Part shown: piece after piece, positions 46,392 to 58,494 of the stretch | Numbering within the stretch: the first letter of the stretch is position 1 | Layout: each line of letters starts with the position of its first letter | NCBI GenBank assembly: GCA_963770975.1 | Contig: CAVYRM010000001.1 | Coordinates: forward strand, 127,792 to 191,791 | Length of the DNA: 64,000 nucleotides | DNA from: an uncultured delta proteobacterium | Lineage (GTDB): Bacteria > Desulfobacterota > Deferrimicrobia > Deferrimicrobiales > Deferrimicrobiaceae | Direction: 5' to 3' | The notes under the pieces: model-generated | Databases searched by the model: none | What the model saw: only the letters and a program-made list of their open reading frames with translations | Told to the model about the DNA's origin: nothing | Position numbers and translations under genes: made by a program

Positions 46392-47055
46392 ATGTTTCGC
46401 GTCAAGATCTGCGGGGTGACCCGCCGGGAAGATGCCGAGTGCGCGGTGGAGTGCGGCGCGGAGGCGATCGGCATCAACTTCTTCAGGGGTTCGCCAAGGT
46501 TCGTTTCGGAAGGAGTCGCCCGGGGAATCGTCCGCTCGGTAAGGGGCCGGGCGGAAATCGTCGGGGTGTTCGTCAACGAAACGCCGGAACGGATCGTGTC
46601 GATCTGCGGGATGCTTGGGATCGACAGGGTGCAGTTGCACGGGGATGAGCCTCCCGGGGATGCCTTGCGCATCCCGTTCTGGCGGATGAAGGCGATCCAT
46701 GCGGAACGCGCACCGGATCTTCCGGCACTCCTGGCGTATCCGTGCGATGCGTTCCTGTTCGACGCGGGAGGGGAAGGGCGCTTACGGCGGGACCGGCAGA
46801 ATGCTCGATTGGAGCGGACTCATGGGACGATTCCCCGGCGTCGCGGGGAGACACGGTTCGGCGGGAACGGGAAGGCCGTGGGTCCTCGCGGGAGGCCTTA
46901 CTCCGGAGAACGTCGAGGAAGCCATCGTTGCCGCGAGGCCTTTCGGGGTGGACACGGCTTCCGGCGTGGAATCTTCTCCGGGGAGGAAAGATCCGTTGAA
47001 AGTCGCGTTGTTCATCGAAAAGGCGAAAGCGGGGTTCCGTGCCATTGAAACGTAA
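46392..47055 (+). CDS. trpF: phosphoribosylanthranilate isomerase, frameshifted at about 46765-46780
   Basis: [16 protein letters not shown]...LFDAGGEG is in the frame of ORF 46392..47048. The C-terminal half ([15 protein letters not shown]...[11 protein letters not shown]...GVDTASGVE) is in the frame of ORF 46699..47055. Confidence 0.85.
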
Positions 47056-47065
47056 AGGAAACCGG

Positions 47066-48259
47066 ATGCCGGATACGGGCGGTCACTTCGGACCCTTCGG
47101 CGGACGGTACGTCGCCGAGACGCTGATGTCCGCCCTGATCGAGCTGGAGCGCGCGTACCGTTCCGCCCGGCGGGACAGGTCGTTCCGAATGGAGCTGAAC
47201 GACCTCCTCAGGAATTACGCGGGCCGCCCGACCCCCCTGTATTTCGCGGAACGCCTGACGGGCAAGGCCGGGGGAGCCGGGATCTACGTCAAGAGGGAGG
47301 ACCTCGCCCACACCGGGTCGCACAAGATCAACAACACGCTGGGGCAGGGCCTGCTGGCGCACCGGATGGGGAAGAAGCGGATCATCGCGGAGACGGGTGC
47401 GGGGCAGCACGGGGTCGCCACGGCCACGATCTGCGCAAGGATGGGGATCCCCTGCGAGATCTACATGGGGGAAGAGGACGTCAGGCGCCAGGCCCACAAC
47501 GTGTTCCGGATGCGCCTTCTCGGCGCCCGGGTCAACCCGGTCACCTCGGGGAGCCGAACCCTGAAGGACGCGATGAACGAGGCCTTGAGGGACTGGGTCA
47601 CGAACGTCCGTACCACGTATTACCTGATCGGTTCCACGGCCGGGCCGCACCCGTATCCGATGATGGTCCGGGATTTCCAGTCGGTGATCGGCCGGGAGGC
47701 GATTTCCCAGTTCCGGAAAGCGGAGGGGAAGCTGCCGACGGCCGTCGTGGCATGCGTGGGCGGGGGGAGCAACGCGATGGGGATCTTCACCCCGTTCATC
47801 CGCCACGCCAAGGTGCGACTTTACGGAGTGGAGGCGGGGGGGCTCGGCCTCTCCTCCGGGAAACACGGGGCGACCTTGTCGCGCGGGAACATCGGCGTCC
47901 TCCACGGCAGCAAGTCCTTCCTCCTCCAGGACAGGAACGGGCAGATCCTGGAGGCCCATTCCATCTCCGCGGGACTCGACTACCCGGGAGTGGGACCCGA
48001 GCACGCCTGGCTGAAGGTCGCGGGGAGAGCCAGGTACGTTTCGGTCACGGACGAACAGGCCCTCTCCGGATTTTCCATGCTTTCCCGGTTCGAGGGGATC
48101 CAGCCCGCGCTGGAATCGTCCCATGCGGTGGCGTACGCGTGCGCGTTGGCGAAAAAGATGCGCGGCTCCGAGACCGTGCTGATCAACCTGTCCGGAAGGG
48201 GCGACAAGGACATGGGGATCCTGATGGAGCTCCAGGGAGCCGGCCATGACAACGATTGA
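47066..48259 (+). CDS. trpB: tryptophan synthase beta chain (TrpB1)
   Basis: [20 protein letters not shown]...HTGSHKINN...GGGSNAMG. The ATG at 47066 is preferred over the track's 47039. Confidence 0.95.
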   Translation: MPDTGGHFGPFGGRYVAETLMSALIELERAYRSARRDRSFRMELNDLLRNYAGRPTPLYFAERLTGKAGGAGIYVKREDLAHTGSHKINNTLGQGLLAHRMGKKRIIAETGAGQHGVATATICARMGIPCEIYMGEEDVRRQAHNVFRMRLLGARVNPVTSGSRTLKDAMNEALRDWVTNVRTTYYLIGSTAGPHPYPMMVRDFQSVIGREAISQFRKAEGKLPTAVVACVGGGSNAMGIFTPFIRHAKVRLYGVEAGGLGLSSGKHGATLSRGNIGVLHGSKSFLLQDRNGQILEAHSISAGLDYPGVGPEHAWLKVAGRARYVSVTDEQALSGFSMLSRFEGIQPALESSHAVAYACALAKKMRGSETVLINLSGRGDKDMGILMELQGAGHDND

Positions 48260-49040
48260 CGCCGCCTTCGAACGGCTGCGCGCGGCGGGGGAGAAGGGCC
48301 TCGTGGTCTACCTGACCGCGGGGGACCCCGTGCCTTCCTCCTCTCTCCGGTACCTTCAGGCGGCCGCCGACGCCGGGGCGGACCTGATCGAGGTCGGAGT
48401 TCCCTTCTCGGATCCCACGGCGGACGGCCCCACGATCGAGGCGGCGTCCCGACGCGCGCTGTCGACGGGCATGACGGTGGCCGGCGCTCTCGAGCTGGTG
48501 CGGAAATTCCGGAGGACGCACGGCACTCCCATCGTCCTGTTCGGCTATTACAACCCGTTTCTCCGGTACGGCATCTCCCCGCTGAGCCGGGATGCGAGGG
48601 AGGCGGGCGTCGACGGGTTCCTCGTGGTCGATCTTCCGTTCGAGGAACGGATGGAAGCCGTGCCGTCGATCCGGGAAGCGGGTCTCGACTGGATACCCCT
48701 GGCGGCCCCCACGAGCGGGATGGAACGGATCCGCGAGCTCGATCGTTCCGGGTCGGGATTCCTCTACCTCATCTCGGTGACGGGGGTCACCGGCGTCCGG
48801 GAAACCTTTCCCCCGGAATTGACGGAATGGACCCGGAAGGTATCACGGGCGGCAAGGCTCCCGGTCGCCGTGGGATTCGGGATCTCCTCGCCGGCGATGG
48901 CGAGATCCGCCACGCGGTACGCCGACGCCGCGATCGTGGGGAGCGCATGCGTGAAGATCGTCGAAAGGAACGGCCGCGGGACCCGGGGCCCCGCGGAGCT
49001 TTCCCGGTTCGTTCGATCCCTAAAAAAGGCACTGAGGTGA
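48246..49040 (+). CDS. trpA: tryptophan synthase alpha chain
   Basis: TrpA family. Its start overlaps the trpB end. Confidence 0.93.
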   Translation: MTTIDAAFERLRAAGEKGLVVYLTAGDPVPSSSLRYLQAAADAGADLIEVGVPFSDPTADGPTIEAASRRALSTGMTVAGALELVRKFRRTHGTPIVLFGYYNPFLRYGISPLSRDAREAGVDGFLVVDLPFEERMEAVPSIREAGLDWIPLAAPTSGMERIRELDRSGSGFLYLISVTGVTGVRETFPPELTEWTRKVSRAARLPVAVGFGISSPAMARSATRYADAAIVGSACVKIVERNGRGTRGPAELSRFVRSLKKALR

Positions 49041-49047
49041 CGATGCC

Positions 49048-49896
49048 ATGGCGATTCGACTGTTCCGGAAAAGGGACGAAAGCGACAAGAAGATCAAGAT
49101 CCCCGAGGGGATGTGGATCAAGTGCGACGCCTGCCTCGAGATCATCTACAAGCCCGAGGTCGAGCGGAACCTGAACGTCTGCCCGAAGTGCGTCTACCAT
49201 TTCCGGATCCCGGCCCGGGAGAGGATCCGCGCGGTGGTCGACGAAGGAACGTTCACCGAGTTCTCCGAAGAGATGGAATCGGTCGACGTGCTGAACTTCA
49301 CGGACACCAAGAAGTACGTGGACCGGCTGAGGGAGGCCAAGAAGAAGACGGGTCGCAAGGAGGCCGTGATCACCGGAAAGGGGGCGATCCAGGGGACGGA
49401 AGTCGTCCTCGCGGTGCTGGATTTCGAATTCCAGGGCGGCTCGATGGGCAGCGTCGTGGGGGAGAAAGTCGCCATTGCGGCCGAGGTCGCCCTCGAATCG
49501 AAGCGTCCCCTGATCATCTTCAGCGCCTCGGGTGGAGCGCGGATGCAGGAGGGGACGCTGTCGCTCATGCAGATGGCCAAGACGAGCGCCGCGCTGGCCC
49601 GTCTCTCGGATGCCCGGATACCCTTCATCAGCGTATTGACCGATCCCACCACCGGCGGGGTCGCGGCGAGTTTCGCGATGCTCGGAGACATCATCATTTC
49701 CGAGCCGGGCGCGCTGGTCGGCTTCGCGGGGCCGCGGGTCATCGAACAGACGATCCTCCAGAAATTGCCGGAGGGATTCCAGAGGGCCGAATTTCTCCTC
49801 GAGCATGGCATGATCGACATGATCGTGGAGCGGAGCCGGCTCAAGGCGACCCTTGCGCAGATCCTCCGGTACCTGTCGGGCCCCGGGGATCGATGA
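49048..49896 (+). CDS. accD: acetyl-CoA carboxylase carboxyltransferase beta subunit
   Basis: N-terminal zinc finger CDACLEIIY...CPKCVYH. Carboxyltransferase domain. Confidence 0.93.
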   Translation: MAIRLFRKRDESDKKIKIPEGMWIKCDACLEIIYKPEVERNLNVCPKCVYHFRIPARERIRAVVDEGTFTEFSEEMESVDVLNFTDTKKYVDRLREAKKKTGRKEAVITGKGAIQGTEVVLAVLDFEFQGGSMGSVVGEKVAIAAEVALESKRPLIIFSASGGARMQEGTLSLMQMAKTSAALARLSDARIPFISVLTDPTTGGVAASFAMLGDIIISEPGALVGFAGPRVIEQTILQKLPEGFQRAEFLLEHGMIDMIVERSRLKATLAQILRYLSGPGDR

Positions 49897-51176
49897 CCGG
49901 TGGAACCGGACCTTCCGGCCCGGAAATCGTCCGGCCTGGCTTATCCCGGATATTGTCGGCCTTTTCCCGATCCGGCCATCCGGAGGCGGGTTTCCGGACC
50001 TTGCACATCGCCGGAACGAACGGGAAGGGATCCACGGCCTGTTTCGCGTTCGCCGTCCTGCGCCTTCTGCCGTTAGGGCCCCTGGGGTTGTTCACTTCCC
50101 CGCACCTCGTCTCCCCCGAGGAGAGGATCCTCGTCGACGGAAACAGGATATCAACCCGCGGTCTCCGGGAAGGCTTCCGCGCGGCGGAACGGCTCTCCCG
50201 GGGGAACGATCCCCTGAGCTACTTCGAGAAGATGACCTGGGTCGCCTGCGACTGGTTCCGCAGGAAAGGAATCCGGTTCGCCGTCATGGAGACCGGCCTG
50301 GGGGGTCGATGGGACGCGACCACCGCGTGCAGGTCCGCCGTGTCCGTCATCACCACGGTGGATCACGACCACGCCGAATGGCTCGGCACCACGCTTCCGG
50401 GCATCGCGCGGGAGAAGGCGGGGATCCTGAAGATCGGGGTTCCGCTCGTCGCCGGCAGGCTGCGGACGGCGGCCCGCAGGACCGTCCTTCAGCGCGCCGG
50501 CGAGCTGGGGTGCGACGTGTGGGAGCTCGGGAGATCCTTCGATTGGAGGGAACGGCCGGACGGCGCGGTATCGTTCTCGCTTCCCGGCGTCGACATCGAG
50601 GGCGTTCGCATCGGAATGGCCGGAAGGTTCCAGCGGGACAATGCGGCCGTGGCGGTCGCCGCCGCCTGGCGGTTGGCATCCGGCGAGGGGATCGGGCCGG
50701 AGCGGTTCGCCGCCGCCGCTTCGAACGGAGCGAAGGCCGCCCGATGGCCGGGGAGGCTCTGTCCCATCCCCTTGCGGAGGAACAAAGGGGCCTGGGCCGA
50801 CGGAGGTCATAACCCGGCGGCCGCACGCGCGTTGTCGCGGGAGATCGCGGACTCCGCGCCGTGGGGCAAGGGGAAACGGATCGTCGGCATATGGAGCATG
50901 CTCGCCGACAAGGATGCCCCGGGGTATCTGAAGGAAATCGGTCCACGGCTCGACGGGATCGTGACCTACACCCTGGACCACCCGCGAAAGGCGGAAGCTT
51001 CGGACCTGGCCGCCGCATGCCGGCAGCGGGGGGTCGATTGCCGAATCGCAGGCGGCTTCGAGGAGGCATGGCGGATCGCACGGCGATGGACCGGGAGGGA
51101 CGGCGTCGTCCTCGTCTGCGGATCACTGGTGTCGGTGGGGGACGCCTACCGGCAGCGCGTCGGATACGTGCCGTGA
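49893..51176 (+). CDS. folC: folylpolyglutamate synthase / dihydrofolate synthase
   Basis: P-loop GTNGKGST, Mur-ligase fold. ATGA overlap with accD. accD-folC order is conserved. Confidence 0.88.
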   Translation: MTGGTGPSGPEIVRPGLSRILSAFSRSGHPEAGFRTLHIAGTNGKGSTACFAFAVLRLLPLGPLGLFTSPHLVSPEERILVDGNRISTRGLREGFRAAERLSRGNDPLSYFEKMTWVACDWFRRKGIRFAVMETGLGGRWDATTACRSAVSVITTVDHDHAEWLGTTLPGIAREKAGILKIGVPLVAGRLRTAARRTVLQRAGELGCDVWELGRSFDWRERPDGAVSFSLPGVDIEGVRIGMAGRFQRDNAAVAVAAAWRLASGEGIGPERFAAAASNGAKAARWPGRLCPIPLRRNKGAWADGGHNPAAARALSREIADSAPWGKGKRIVGIWSMLADKDAPGYLKEIGPRLDGIVTYTLDHPRKAEASDLAAACRQRGVDCRIAGGFEEAWRIARRWTGRDGVVLVCGSLVSVGDAYRQRVGYVP

Positions 51177-53323
51177 TCTTCCGGCTCCTCCTGGCCCTCC
51201 TGACGGCCTTCGCGCTCGTCGCCGATGTCCTGGCGGAGACGCGCATCCCCGCGCTCTCCCCCCGGAAGGGCCTGCCGAACCTCGGGTTCCGCCTCGACGA
51301 GCCCGTCCACATGAACGCCGACACCCTTTCCTTCGACGAGGATACCGGGATCGCGACCGCGGAAGGGAACGTCGAGCTCACGCTGGGCTCGCGGACCATG
51401 CGGGCGGACCGGATCCTGTACAATTCGGAAACGGGCGAGGCGGACCTGTCGGGGAAAGTCCGGTACAAGGACGCGGACGAGGAATTTGCCTTCGATCGGA
51501 TCACGATCAACCTCGACTCGGAAACGGGAATCCTCTACAACGGCACGATCCGGATCAGCAGCAGCAACTACCTCATCGCGAGCGAAAAGATCGAGAAGAC
51601 CGGGAAAAGCACCTTCCGGATCGAAAAGGGGACATTGACCACCTGCCCCTGCGATCCCGAGCCGGACTGGAAGATCGACGTCCGCCGATCGCGGGTGACG
51701 CTCGACCAGTACGCCGTCGCGAAAGACGTAACGTTCAGGATCCGCGGCGTCCCGGTCCTCTGGCTTCCCTGGGGCGCGTTTCCCGTGAAGCTTACCCGGC
51801 AGAGCGGCTTGCTGCTTCCGAACTACTCGTCCTATAACCGCTCACGGGGGTACACCTTCCAGATTCCGTATTACTGGGCGATCAATCGCTGGAGCGACGC
51901 CACGTTGACGCTGGATATCATGAGCCGGCGCGGTTACAGGCCGGAGGTCGAATACCGTTTCGTCGCGAACCCGGAATCGGAAGGGGTGATCCGCGCCACG
52001 GTATTCCGCGACCGCTCGGAGCACGAAACGCGGGCTCGATATTTCGGCGAGAACGTCTATCGATCCGGGGCGTTCACGGCGAACGGCAAGCTGGAGGTGC
52101 CGACCGATCCGAGATATTTCCTCGACCTGGTCGATTCCGACGCCCTTCGATCGCTGCGGCATGCCCGCTCGGAAGGGTTCGCGTCGATCGACGGGGAAAA
52201 TTCGGACCATGCGGTTTCCATCGTTTGGAACAAGGATCTCCAGGAGATCCCCGGTCCGGACAACACGGTGGAGCGGGTGCCCGAATACACGATGACCCTT
52301 CTTCCCGGGGGGAGATCGTTCGCGGGATTCGAACTCACGGGGGACCTGTCGGCCACGCGGTTTCAGCGGAGGGACGGTTCCGACGAGATGCGCGCCAGGG
52401 GATTCGGGGAGGTCTCGCGCGCCGTTCCGTTGTACCGTTCGATCACGTTGACGCCTTTCGCGTTCGTGGATCTTCTGGGTACGCAATTCGAACGACCGCC
52501 GGGGGACCGGTCCGGCGCGGGTCGCGTGATCCCCGGCGGGGGCGCGAAATTGTCGGCGGGGGCCCGGAAGGACTTTCCGGGCGACGGCCATGGGACCGTC
52601 CACACGATGGAGGGATCGGCCGGGTACCGGTTCGTGCCGAAGAACCGCCAGGACGACCTTCCCGTGACCGACCGGTGGTCGAGACTTGCCCCGCAAAGCC
52701 AGATCGTCCTCACCTTTTCACAGAACGTTCTCGCCCTGAAGGAAAACGTTTCGCCGAAGGAACTCGTCGCGCTTCATCTGGAATGGGCCTACGACATCGG
52801 AGGGAAGGAATCGTTGGGAACGCCGTACGTCGACCCGCTGGCTCCCTACGTCAGGGCGTTGCGCGAACAGATCGACATCGGCGCGGGCCGTCTCGAGAGA
52901 AAAATCAACGCGGCTTCGGACATCCATGGAACGCTTGTGGTCAATCCGCTTGAAAGATGGCGGTTCCAGGGTGAATTCCTGTACGATCCCATGGAGAGCT
53001 CCTTCACGGTCGGCGCCGTCAGCGGGGAGTGGAAGGTAGCGGAGGATCGCAGATTTCTCGCCGAATACAGGATCTCCCGCGACCTGGCCGAGGATGTCCG
53101 GGGGAGCTTCGCATGGCGCCCGGCGCGTTGGCTCGGGGTCCAGGGGCAGGCGAACTACTCCATAAGGAACGGATTTCTTACGGACGGCAACGCGGGGGTG
53201 AAGATCTTCCCGCGAAGCGATTGCTGGAACGTGGGATTGATCGTCGACCGTAAAACCCAGCCGAACGACACGGGCGTCAAGCTGACATTCGGGCTCAAGG
53301 GCATCGCTTCCGTAGGAGACTGA
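51173..53323 (+). CDS. lptD: LPS-assembly outer-membrane protein LptD (OstA family)
   Basis: GTG at 51173 overlaps the folC stop. Signal peptide. N-terminal OstA/LptA-like jellyroll. Large C-terminal beta-barrel region with alternating aromatic residues. Confidence 0.8.
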   Translation: MIFRLLLALLTAFALVADVLAETRIPALSPRKGLPNLGFRLDEPVHMNADTLSFDEDTGIATAEGNVELTLGSRTMRADRILYNSETGEADLSGKVRYKDADEEFAFDRITINLDSETGILYNGTIRISSSNYLIASEKIEKTGKSTFRIEKGTLTTCPCDPEPDWKIDVRRSRVTLDQYAVAKDVTFRIRGVPVLWLPWGAFPVKLTRQSGLLLPNYSSYNRSRGYTFQIPYYWAINRWSDATLTLDIMSRRGYRPEVEYRFVANPESEGVIRATVFRDRSEHETRARYFGENVYRSGAFTANGKLEVPTDPRYFLDLVDSDALRSLRHARSEGFASIDGENSDHAVSIVWNKDLQEIPGPDNTVERVPEYTMTLLPGGRSFAGFELTGDLSATRFQRRDGSDEMRARGFGEVSRAVPLYRSITLTPFAFVDLLGTQFERPPGDRSGAGRVIPGGGAKLSAGARKDFPGDGHGTVHTMEGSAGYRFVPKNRQDDLPVTDRWSRLAPQSQIVLTFSQNVLALKENVSPKELVALHLEWAYDIGGKESLGTPYVDPLAPYVRALREQIDIGAGRLERKINAASDIHGTLVVNPLERWRFQGEFLYDPMESSFTVGAVSGEWKVAEDRRFLAEYRISRDLAEDVRGSFAWRPARWLGVQGQANYSIRNGFLTDGNAGVKIFPRSDCWNVGLIVDRKTQPNDTGVKLTFGLKGIASVGD

Positions 53324-53358
53324 AGAATACGAATATAAGGAAACCGGGAGGGGCGAAG

Positions 53359-54297
53359 ATGCGGATCATGGTCACCGGAGGAGCGGGTTTCATCGCCTCA
53401 CAGGTCGCGCAGGCGTACGTCGACAAGGGACACGAAGTGCTGGTCCTCGACAACCTTTCCTCGGGAAAGAAGGAAAACGTCCCGTCGGGAGCCCGCTTCG
53501 TTTTCGGGGAGGTCGGGTCGGAGACCGCGGTGGAGGCGATACGGACGTTCCGGCCCGAGATCCTGAACCACCATGCGGCGCAGATCAACGTGCGGAAGTC
53601 CGTGGCCGACCCCGCGTTCGACGCGAAGGAGAACATCCTGAGCGCCCTCGTTCTTCTCGAGGCGGCGCGGGAACACGGCGTCTCCAAGGTGATCTTCTCT
53701 TCCTCGGGAGGAGCCGGTTACGGAGAGCAGGACTATTTCCCGGCGGACGAAAAGCACCCCTTGCGGCCCGTCTCGCCATACGGCGTGGCGAAAGTATCCG
53801 TCGAGCTCTACCTCCACTTCTATCGCGTGCAGTACGGACTGGGGTACACGGCGCTGCGGTATTCGAACGTTTACGGACCGAGGCAGGATCCCCACGGGGA
53901 AGCGGGCGTCGTCGCCATATTCTGCGAGCGGCTGCTGAAGGGTCAGACGGCGGTCATCAACGGCGACGGGGAGCAGACACGCGACTACGTGTACGTCGGC
54001 GACGTGGTACGGGCCAACCTCGCCGCGCTCTCCCGCGGTGAAGGGTTGTCCATCAATGTCGGGACCGGGGTCGAAACCGACGTGAACACCCTGTTCCGAA
54101 AGTTGCGGGACCTCTCGGGGAGCCGGCAGGAGGAGATCCACGGGCCGGGGATGGCCGGGGAGCAGCGCAGGTCGGTGATCGAAAACCTGTTGGCTTCCCA
54201 CGAGTTGGGATGGTATCCTGAGGTTTCGTTGGATGAAGGTCTCGCCTTCACGCTGGCGTACTTCCGAGACAAGGTGAATTCCTCCGGAAACCGGTAG
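53359..54297 (+). CDS. NAD-dependent sugar-nucleotide epimerase/dehydratase (GalE/UDP-sugar epimerase family)
   Basis: Rossmann motif GGAGFIAS and the catalytic YGVAK (YxxxK). Confidence 0.85.
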   Translation: MRIMVTGGAGFIASQVAQAYVDKGHEVLVLDNLSSGKKENVPSGARFVFGEVGSETAVEAIRTFRPEILNHHAAQINVRKSVADPAFDAKENILSALVLLEAAREHGVSKVIFSSSGGAGYGEQDYFPADEKHPLRPVSPYGVAKVSVELYLHFYRVQYGLGYTALRYSNVYGPRQDPHGEAGVVAIFCERLLKGQTAVINGDGEQTRDYVYVGDVVRANLAALSRGEGLSINVGTGVETDVNTLFRKLRDLSGSRQEEIHGPGMAGEQRRSVIENLLASHELGWYPEVSLDEGLAFTLAYFRDKVNSSGNR

Positions 54298-54299
54298 AC

Positions 54300-56099
54300 A
54301 TGCGGATAGAGAAGATACGGAATTTTTCCATCATCGCCCACATCGATCACGGGAAGTCGACCCTGGCCGATCGACTCCTCGAAATCACGGGCACCCTTTC
54401 GGACAGGGAAAAAGTCGACCAGTTTCTCGACAAGATGGATCTCGAACGGGAACGGGGGATCACGATCAAGGCGCAGACCGTCCGCATGCGGCACAAGGCG
54501 CGGGACGGGAAGGATTACATCCTGAACCTGATCGATACCCCGGGGCACGTCGATTTCTCCTACGAGGTATCGAGGAGCCTTTCCGCCTGCGAGGGAGCGA
54601 TCCTGGTCGTGGACGCCTCGCAGGGCGTGGAGGCCCAGACGCTGGCCAACGTGTACATGGCCCTCGACCAAAATCTCGAAGTCATCCCCGTCCTCAACAA
54701 GATCGACCTTCCGAACGCCGAGGTCGAACGGGTCCGCAAGGAGATCGAGGATGTGATCGGGCTCGATACCTCGGGGATCCTCGCGGTCAGCGCCAAGAAG
54801 GGGACAGGGGTTCCGGACCTGCTCGAGAAGGTGATCCAGCAGATCCCCCCGCCCTCCGGGGATCCGGATGCGCCGACCAAGGCCCTGATCATCGACTCGT
54901 GGTTCGACAACTACGTGGGCGTGGTCGTCCTGGCCCGGGTGTTCGACGGTTCGATCCGTCCCGGGGAACGGGTCACGTTCATGGCCACCGGGAACTCCTT
55001 CGAAGTGCAGAAGGTCGGCGTCTTCTCTCCCCACCCGCAGGAGATGGCGGAGCTGGGGACCGGAGAAGTCGGCTTCGTGATCGCGAACATCAAGGAACTC
55101 ACCGAAACGAAGGTGGGCGACACGATCACCGGCACGCGCCATCCCGCCGCGGGCCCGCTGCCGGGATTCAAGGTCGTCCGCCCGATGGTGTTCGCCGGAG
55201 TGTACCCGCTGGCCTCCGACCAGTATCCGCAGCTTCGGACGGCGATCGACAAGCTGCGCCTCAACGATTCGTCGTTCACCGCGGAACCGGAAAGTTCCGT
55301 GGCCCTGGGTTTCGGGTTCCGGTGCGGATTCCTCGGCCTTCTCCACATGGAAATCGTGCAGGAGCGCCTCGAACGGGAATACGGGGTGGAACTGATCACC
55401 ACGGCCCCGACCGTCGGGTACCACGCCGTGAAGATGGACGGGAAAATCGTCGAGGTGGACAGTCCCGCCCGCCTTCCCGAGCCCCTGGAACTGGACCACA
55501 TCGAGGAACCGATCATCCTCGCCACGATCCACCTGCCGACGGAATTCCTGGGAAACGTCCTCAAGCTGTGCGAAGAGCGGCGGGGGGTGCAGCGCCAGAT
55601 GAAGTTCGTCTCCGCGACCCGGGTGATCCTCGAGTACGAGATCCCGCTGAACGAGATCGTCCTCGACTTCTACGACCAGCTGAAGACGGCGTCGCGCGGC
55701 TATGCCTCGATGGACTACGATTTCCTGCGATTCCAGGAGTCGAGCCTCGTGCGGCTCGATATCCTGCTGAACGGTGACAAGGTGGACGCGCTTTCCCTCA
55801 TCGTGCATGGGGACAACGCCTACCCGAAGGGGCGGGAGATCACGGAACGGTTGCGGAAGCTGATCCCGCGCCAGATGTTCGAAGTGGTCATCCAGGCGGC
55901 GATCGGGTCGAAGATCATCGCGCGGGAGTCCGTAAAGGCGATCCGCAAGAACGTGCTGGCCAAATGTTACGGCGGCGACATCACGAGGAAGCGGAAGCTG
56001 CTGGAGAAGCAGAAGGAAGGAAAAAAACGGATGAAGCAGGTGGGCTCCGTGGAGATTCCCCAGGAAGCGTTCCTTTCCATCCTCAAGGTCAAGGAGTAG
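54300..56099 (+). CDS. lepA: elongation factor 4 (LepA)
   Basis: [19 protein letters not shown]... 599 aa. LepA-specific C-terminal domain. Confidence 0.96.
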   Translation: MRIEKIRNFSIIAHIDHGKSTLADRLLEITGTLSDREKVDQFLDKMDLERERGITIKAQTVRMRHKARDGKDYILNLIDTPGHVDFSYEVSRSLSACEGAILVVDASQGVEAQTLANVYMALDQNLEVIPVLNKIDLPNAEVERVRKEIEDVIGLDTSGILAVSAKKGTGVPDLLEKVIQQIPPPSGDPDAPTKALIIDSWFDNYVGVVVLARVFDGSIRPGERVTFMATGNSFEVQKVGVFSPHPQEMAELGTGEVGFVIANIKELTETKVGDTITGTRHPAAGPLPGFKVVRPMVFAGVYPLASDQYPQLRTAIDKLRLNDSSFTAEPESSVALGFGFRCGFLGLLHMEIVQERLEREYGVELITTAPTVGYHAVKMDGKIVEVDSPARLPEPLELDHIEEPIILATIHLPTEFLGNVLKLCEERRGVQRQMKFVSATRVILEYEIPLNEIVLDFYDQLKTASRGYASMDYDFLRFQESSLVRLDILLNGDKVDALSLIVHGDNAYPKGREITERLRKLIPRQMFEVVIQAAIGSKIIARESVKAIRKNVLAKCYGGDITRKRKLLEKQKEGKKRMKQVGSVEIPQEAFLSILKVKE

Positions 56100-56134
56100 C
56101 GGCCGTCAGCCCGGAATCCCAAGAGGGGAAGACC

Positions 56135-56803
56135 ATGCCAGAGATTGCGGTTCACGCAAAGGGATTGAAGAAGGGGAGGGTCAGGGAATACGCCGAGGCG
56201 TTCGGTGTCGCCCTTCTGATCGCGCTGATCGTCCGCACGCTCTTCCTGCAGGCGTTCAAGATCCCGTCGAGCTCCATGGAGAACACGCTGCTGGTGGGCG
56301 ATCACATCTTCGTCAACAAGTTCATCTACGGGTACCACGTTCCCTACACGAAAGGCCGCATCCTGTCCTTCTCCGTTCCGAAGCGCGGCGACATCGTCGT
56401 GTTCGTCTTCCCCGAGGACCCGAGCAAGGACTTCATCAAGAGGGTCATCGGCACCCCCGGCGACACGGTGGAGATCCGGCAAAAAACGGTCTACATCAAC
56501 GGGGCTCCCCTCCGGGAGGGGTATACACGGTTCGCGGACGGAAAGGATTCGGATGGATTCATGAGGGGCAGGGACAACATGCCCCCGATACGGGTTCCCG
56601 AGGGAAAACTCTTCATGATGGGGGACAACCGCGACCGTTCCTACGACTCCAGGTTCTGGGGATTCGTCGACATGGACGCCGTAATCGGGAAAGCGCTCTT
56701 CATCTACTTCTCCATCGATTGGAACCACGGGGTCGCATGGACCGAAGTCTGGAGGTATCCGGAACTCGTTCGATGGGACCGGATCGGCCGCGCGCTTCGA
56801 TAG
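56135..56803 (+). CDS. lepB: signal peptidase I
   Basis: Catalytic SSMENTL (Ser) and KRVIG (Lys) boxes, GDNRDRSYDSRFWG. lepA-lepB synteny. Confidence 0.92.
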   Translation: MPEIAVHAKGLKKGRVREYAEAFGVALLIALIVRTLFLQAFKIPSSSMENTLLVGDHIFVNKFIYGYHVPYTKGRILSFSVPKRGDIVVFVFPEDPSKDFIKRVIGTPGDTVEIRQKTVYINGAPLREGYTRFADGKDSDGFMRGRDNMPPIRVPEGKLFMMGDNRDRSYDSRFWGFVDMDAVIGKALFIYFSIDWNHGVAWTEVWRYPELVRWDRIGRALR

Positions 56804-56825
56804 CTCCGCTCCCGCTTCCCCTTCC

Positions 56826-56854
56826 TTGACTCGGGCAGGGGATGGGAGTAGCAT
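56826..56854 (+). promoter_or_regulatory. candidate promoter of the pyr operon
   Basis: TTGACT at 56826-56831, a 17-nt spacer, then TAGCAT at 56849-56854. Confidence 0.35.
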
Positions 56855-56867
56855 CTTGGCTGACCTT

Positions 56868-56895
56868 TTAAGCTAATCCCGTGAGGTTAGCAAAG
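56868..56895 (+). promoter_or_regulatory. PyrR-binding anti-antiterminator hairpin
   Basis: GCTAA-UCCCGUGAGG-UUAGC. The loop AAUCCCGUGAGG fits the conserved PyrR binding-loop motif A-R-UCC-N-G-N-GAGG. Confidence 0.6.
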
Positions 56896-56921
56896 GATGA
56901 AGACCAAAAGCATTCGAGAGT

Positions 56922-56954
56922 GCCTCTCCGTCTCCCCGGAGAGGCATTTTTTTT
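56922..56954 (+). terminator. pyr attenuator terminator
   Basis: GCCTCTCCG-TCTCCC-CGGAGAGGC is a 9-bp GC-rich stem, followed by A and T8. It lies between the PyrR loop and the pyrR start. Confidence 0.7.
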
Positions 56955-56994
56955 CGCCCGATGCCGGCTTACCGGCCGGGAGACGAGGTGGGAC

Positions 56995-57558
56995 ATGATG
57001 AAAAATACCGGAGTGAAGACCCTTCTCGACGGGAAGGGGGTGGAACGCGTCCTGTCCCGCATCACCCACGAGATCCTCGAGAAGAACAAGGGCGCCTCGG
57101 AAATCGTCCTCGTGGGGATCGCAACCGGGGGAATCCCCCTGTCGCGGGTGATTCGCCGGAAGATCCAGGCGATCGAGGGGCTGGAGGTGCCCACGGGGTT
57201 CGTGGACATCACCTTCTATCGGGACGACCTCGCCCGCGCGGGACACCAGGCCCGCATGAAGCACACGGAGATCCCGTTCTCCATCGACAAGAAGAAGGTG
57301 ATCCTGGTCGACGACGTGCTCTACACGGGAAGGACCATCCGGGCGGCCATGGATGCGCTGGTCGATTTCGGACGCCCCCGGAACATCCAGCTCGCCGTGC
57401 TGATCGACCGGGGACACAGGGAACTCCCCATCCGGGCCGATTTCGTGGGACGGAACGTACCGACGTCGCGATCGGAGACCGTGGAGGTCCGCGTCGAGGG
57501 GGAGATCGAGGATTGGACGGTCGTATTGAAGGAAGCAACGCCCGGAAAGGGGGAATAG
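56995..57558 (+). CDS. pyrR: bifunctional pyrimidine operon regulator / uracil phosphoribosyltransferase PyrR
   Basis: MMKNTGVKTLLDGKGVERVLSRITHEI...VLVDDVLYTGRT is the PRTase motif. The ATG at 56995 is preferred. Confidence 0.9.
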   Translation: MMKNTGVKTLLDGKGVERVLSRITHEILEKNKGASEIVLVGIATGGIPLSRVIRRKIQAIEGLEVPTGFVDITFYRDDLARAGHQARMKHTEIPFSIDKKKVILVDDVLYTGRTIRAAMDALVDFGRPRNIQLAVLIDRGHRELPIRADFVGRNVPTSRSETVEVRVEGEIEDWTVVLKEATPGKGE

Positions 57559-57561
57559 GGC

Positions 57562-58494
57562 ATGGAATGGCACCGACGGCACGTGCTCGGATTGTCCGAC
57601 TTCCACCCGGAGGAGATCGAGTTCGTCATCGACACCGCCCGGTCCATGGAAGAGGTGCTCTCGCGCGACATCAAGAAGGTCCCCGCGCTTCGAGGAAAGA
57701 CCGTCGTGAACCTCTTCTTCGAGGCGAGCACCCGGACCCGGACCTCGTTCGAGATGGCGGGAAAGCGTCTTTCCGCCGACGTGGTGAACTTCAGCTCCGC
57801 CACCTCGAGCGTCACGAAAGGGGAGACGCTGCTCGATACGGCGCGGAACATCGAGGCAATGAAGCCGAATATCCTCGTCGTGCGCCATTCCGTCTCCGGC
57901 GCGGCCCTCTTCCTCTCGCGGCACGTCTCCTGTTCGATCATCAACGCGGGAGACGGTGCGAACGAACACCCCTCCCAGGGGTTGCTCGACCTTTACACTA
58001 TACTGAAGGTGAAGGGGAAGATCGCCGGACTGAAAGTCGCAATCGTGGGGGATATCCTCCATAGCCGGGTGGTACGGTCGGACCTTCATTCCCTCGGGAG
58101 GATGGGAGCCAGGTTGTGGCTGTGCGGCCCGGCAACCCTCCTTCCGGCCGAAATGGAAAGGTCAGGAGCCGTCGTCACGAGCGACATCCGGGAAGCGGTT
58201 CGGGACGCCGATGTGATCATCATGTTGAGGATCCAATTGGAGAGACAGAAAACCGCGTATTTTCCGTCGCTTAGAGAGTATTCCCGCAGGTTCGGCTTGA
58301 ACAGGGAGATCTTCTCCCTGGCCAAGGAGGATGCGGTCATCATGCACCCGGGTCCGATCAACCGGGGCGTGGAACTGACCGATGAACTTGCGGACTGCGA
58401 TCGGTCCATGGTGCTTCGGCAGGTCGAATCGGGAGTCGCCGTACGGATGGCGCTTCTCTACCTTCTCGCTGGAGGTTCCCATGCTTCTCATTAG
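57562..58494 (+). CDS. pyrB: aspartate carbamoyltransferase catalytic subunit
   Basis: STRTR and HPxQ motifs. 310 aa. Confidence 0.94.
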   Translation: MEWHRRHVLGLSDFHPEEIEFVIDTARSMEEVLSRDIKKVPALRGKTVVNLFFEASTRTRTSFEMAGKRLSADVVNFSSATSSVTKGETLLDTARNIEAMKPNILVVRHSVSGAALFLSRHVSCSIINAGDGANEHPSQGLLDLYTILKVKGKIAGLKVAIVGDILHSRVVRSDLHSLGRMGARLWLCGPATLLPAEMERSGAVVTSDIREAVRDADVIIMLRIQLERQKTAYFPSLREYSRRFGLNREIFSLAKEDAVIMHPGPINRGVELTDELADCDRSMVLRQVESGVAVRMALLYLLAGGSHASH

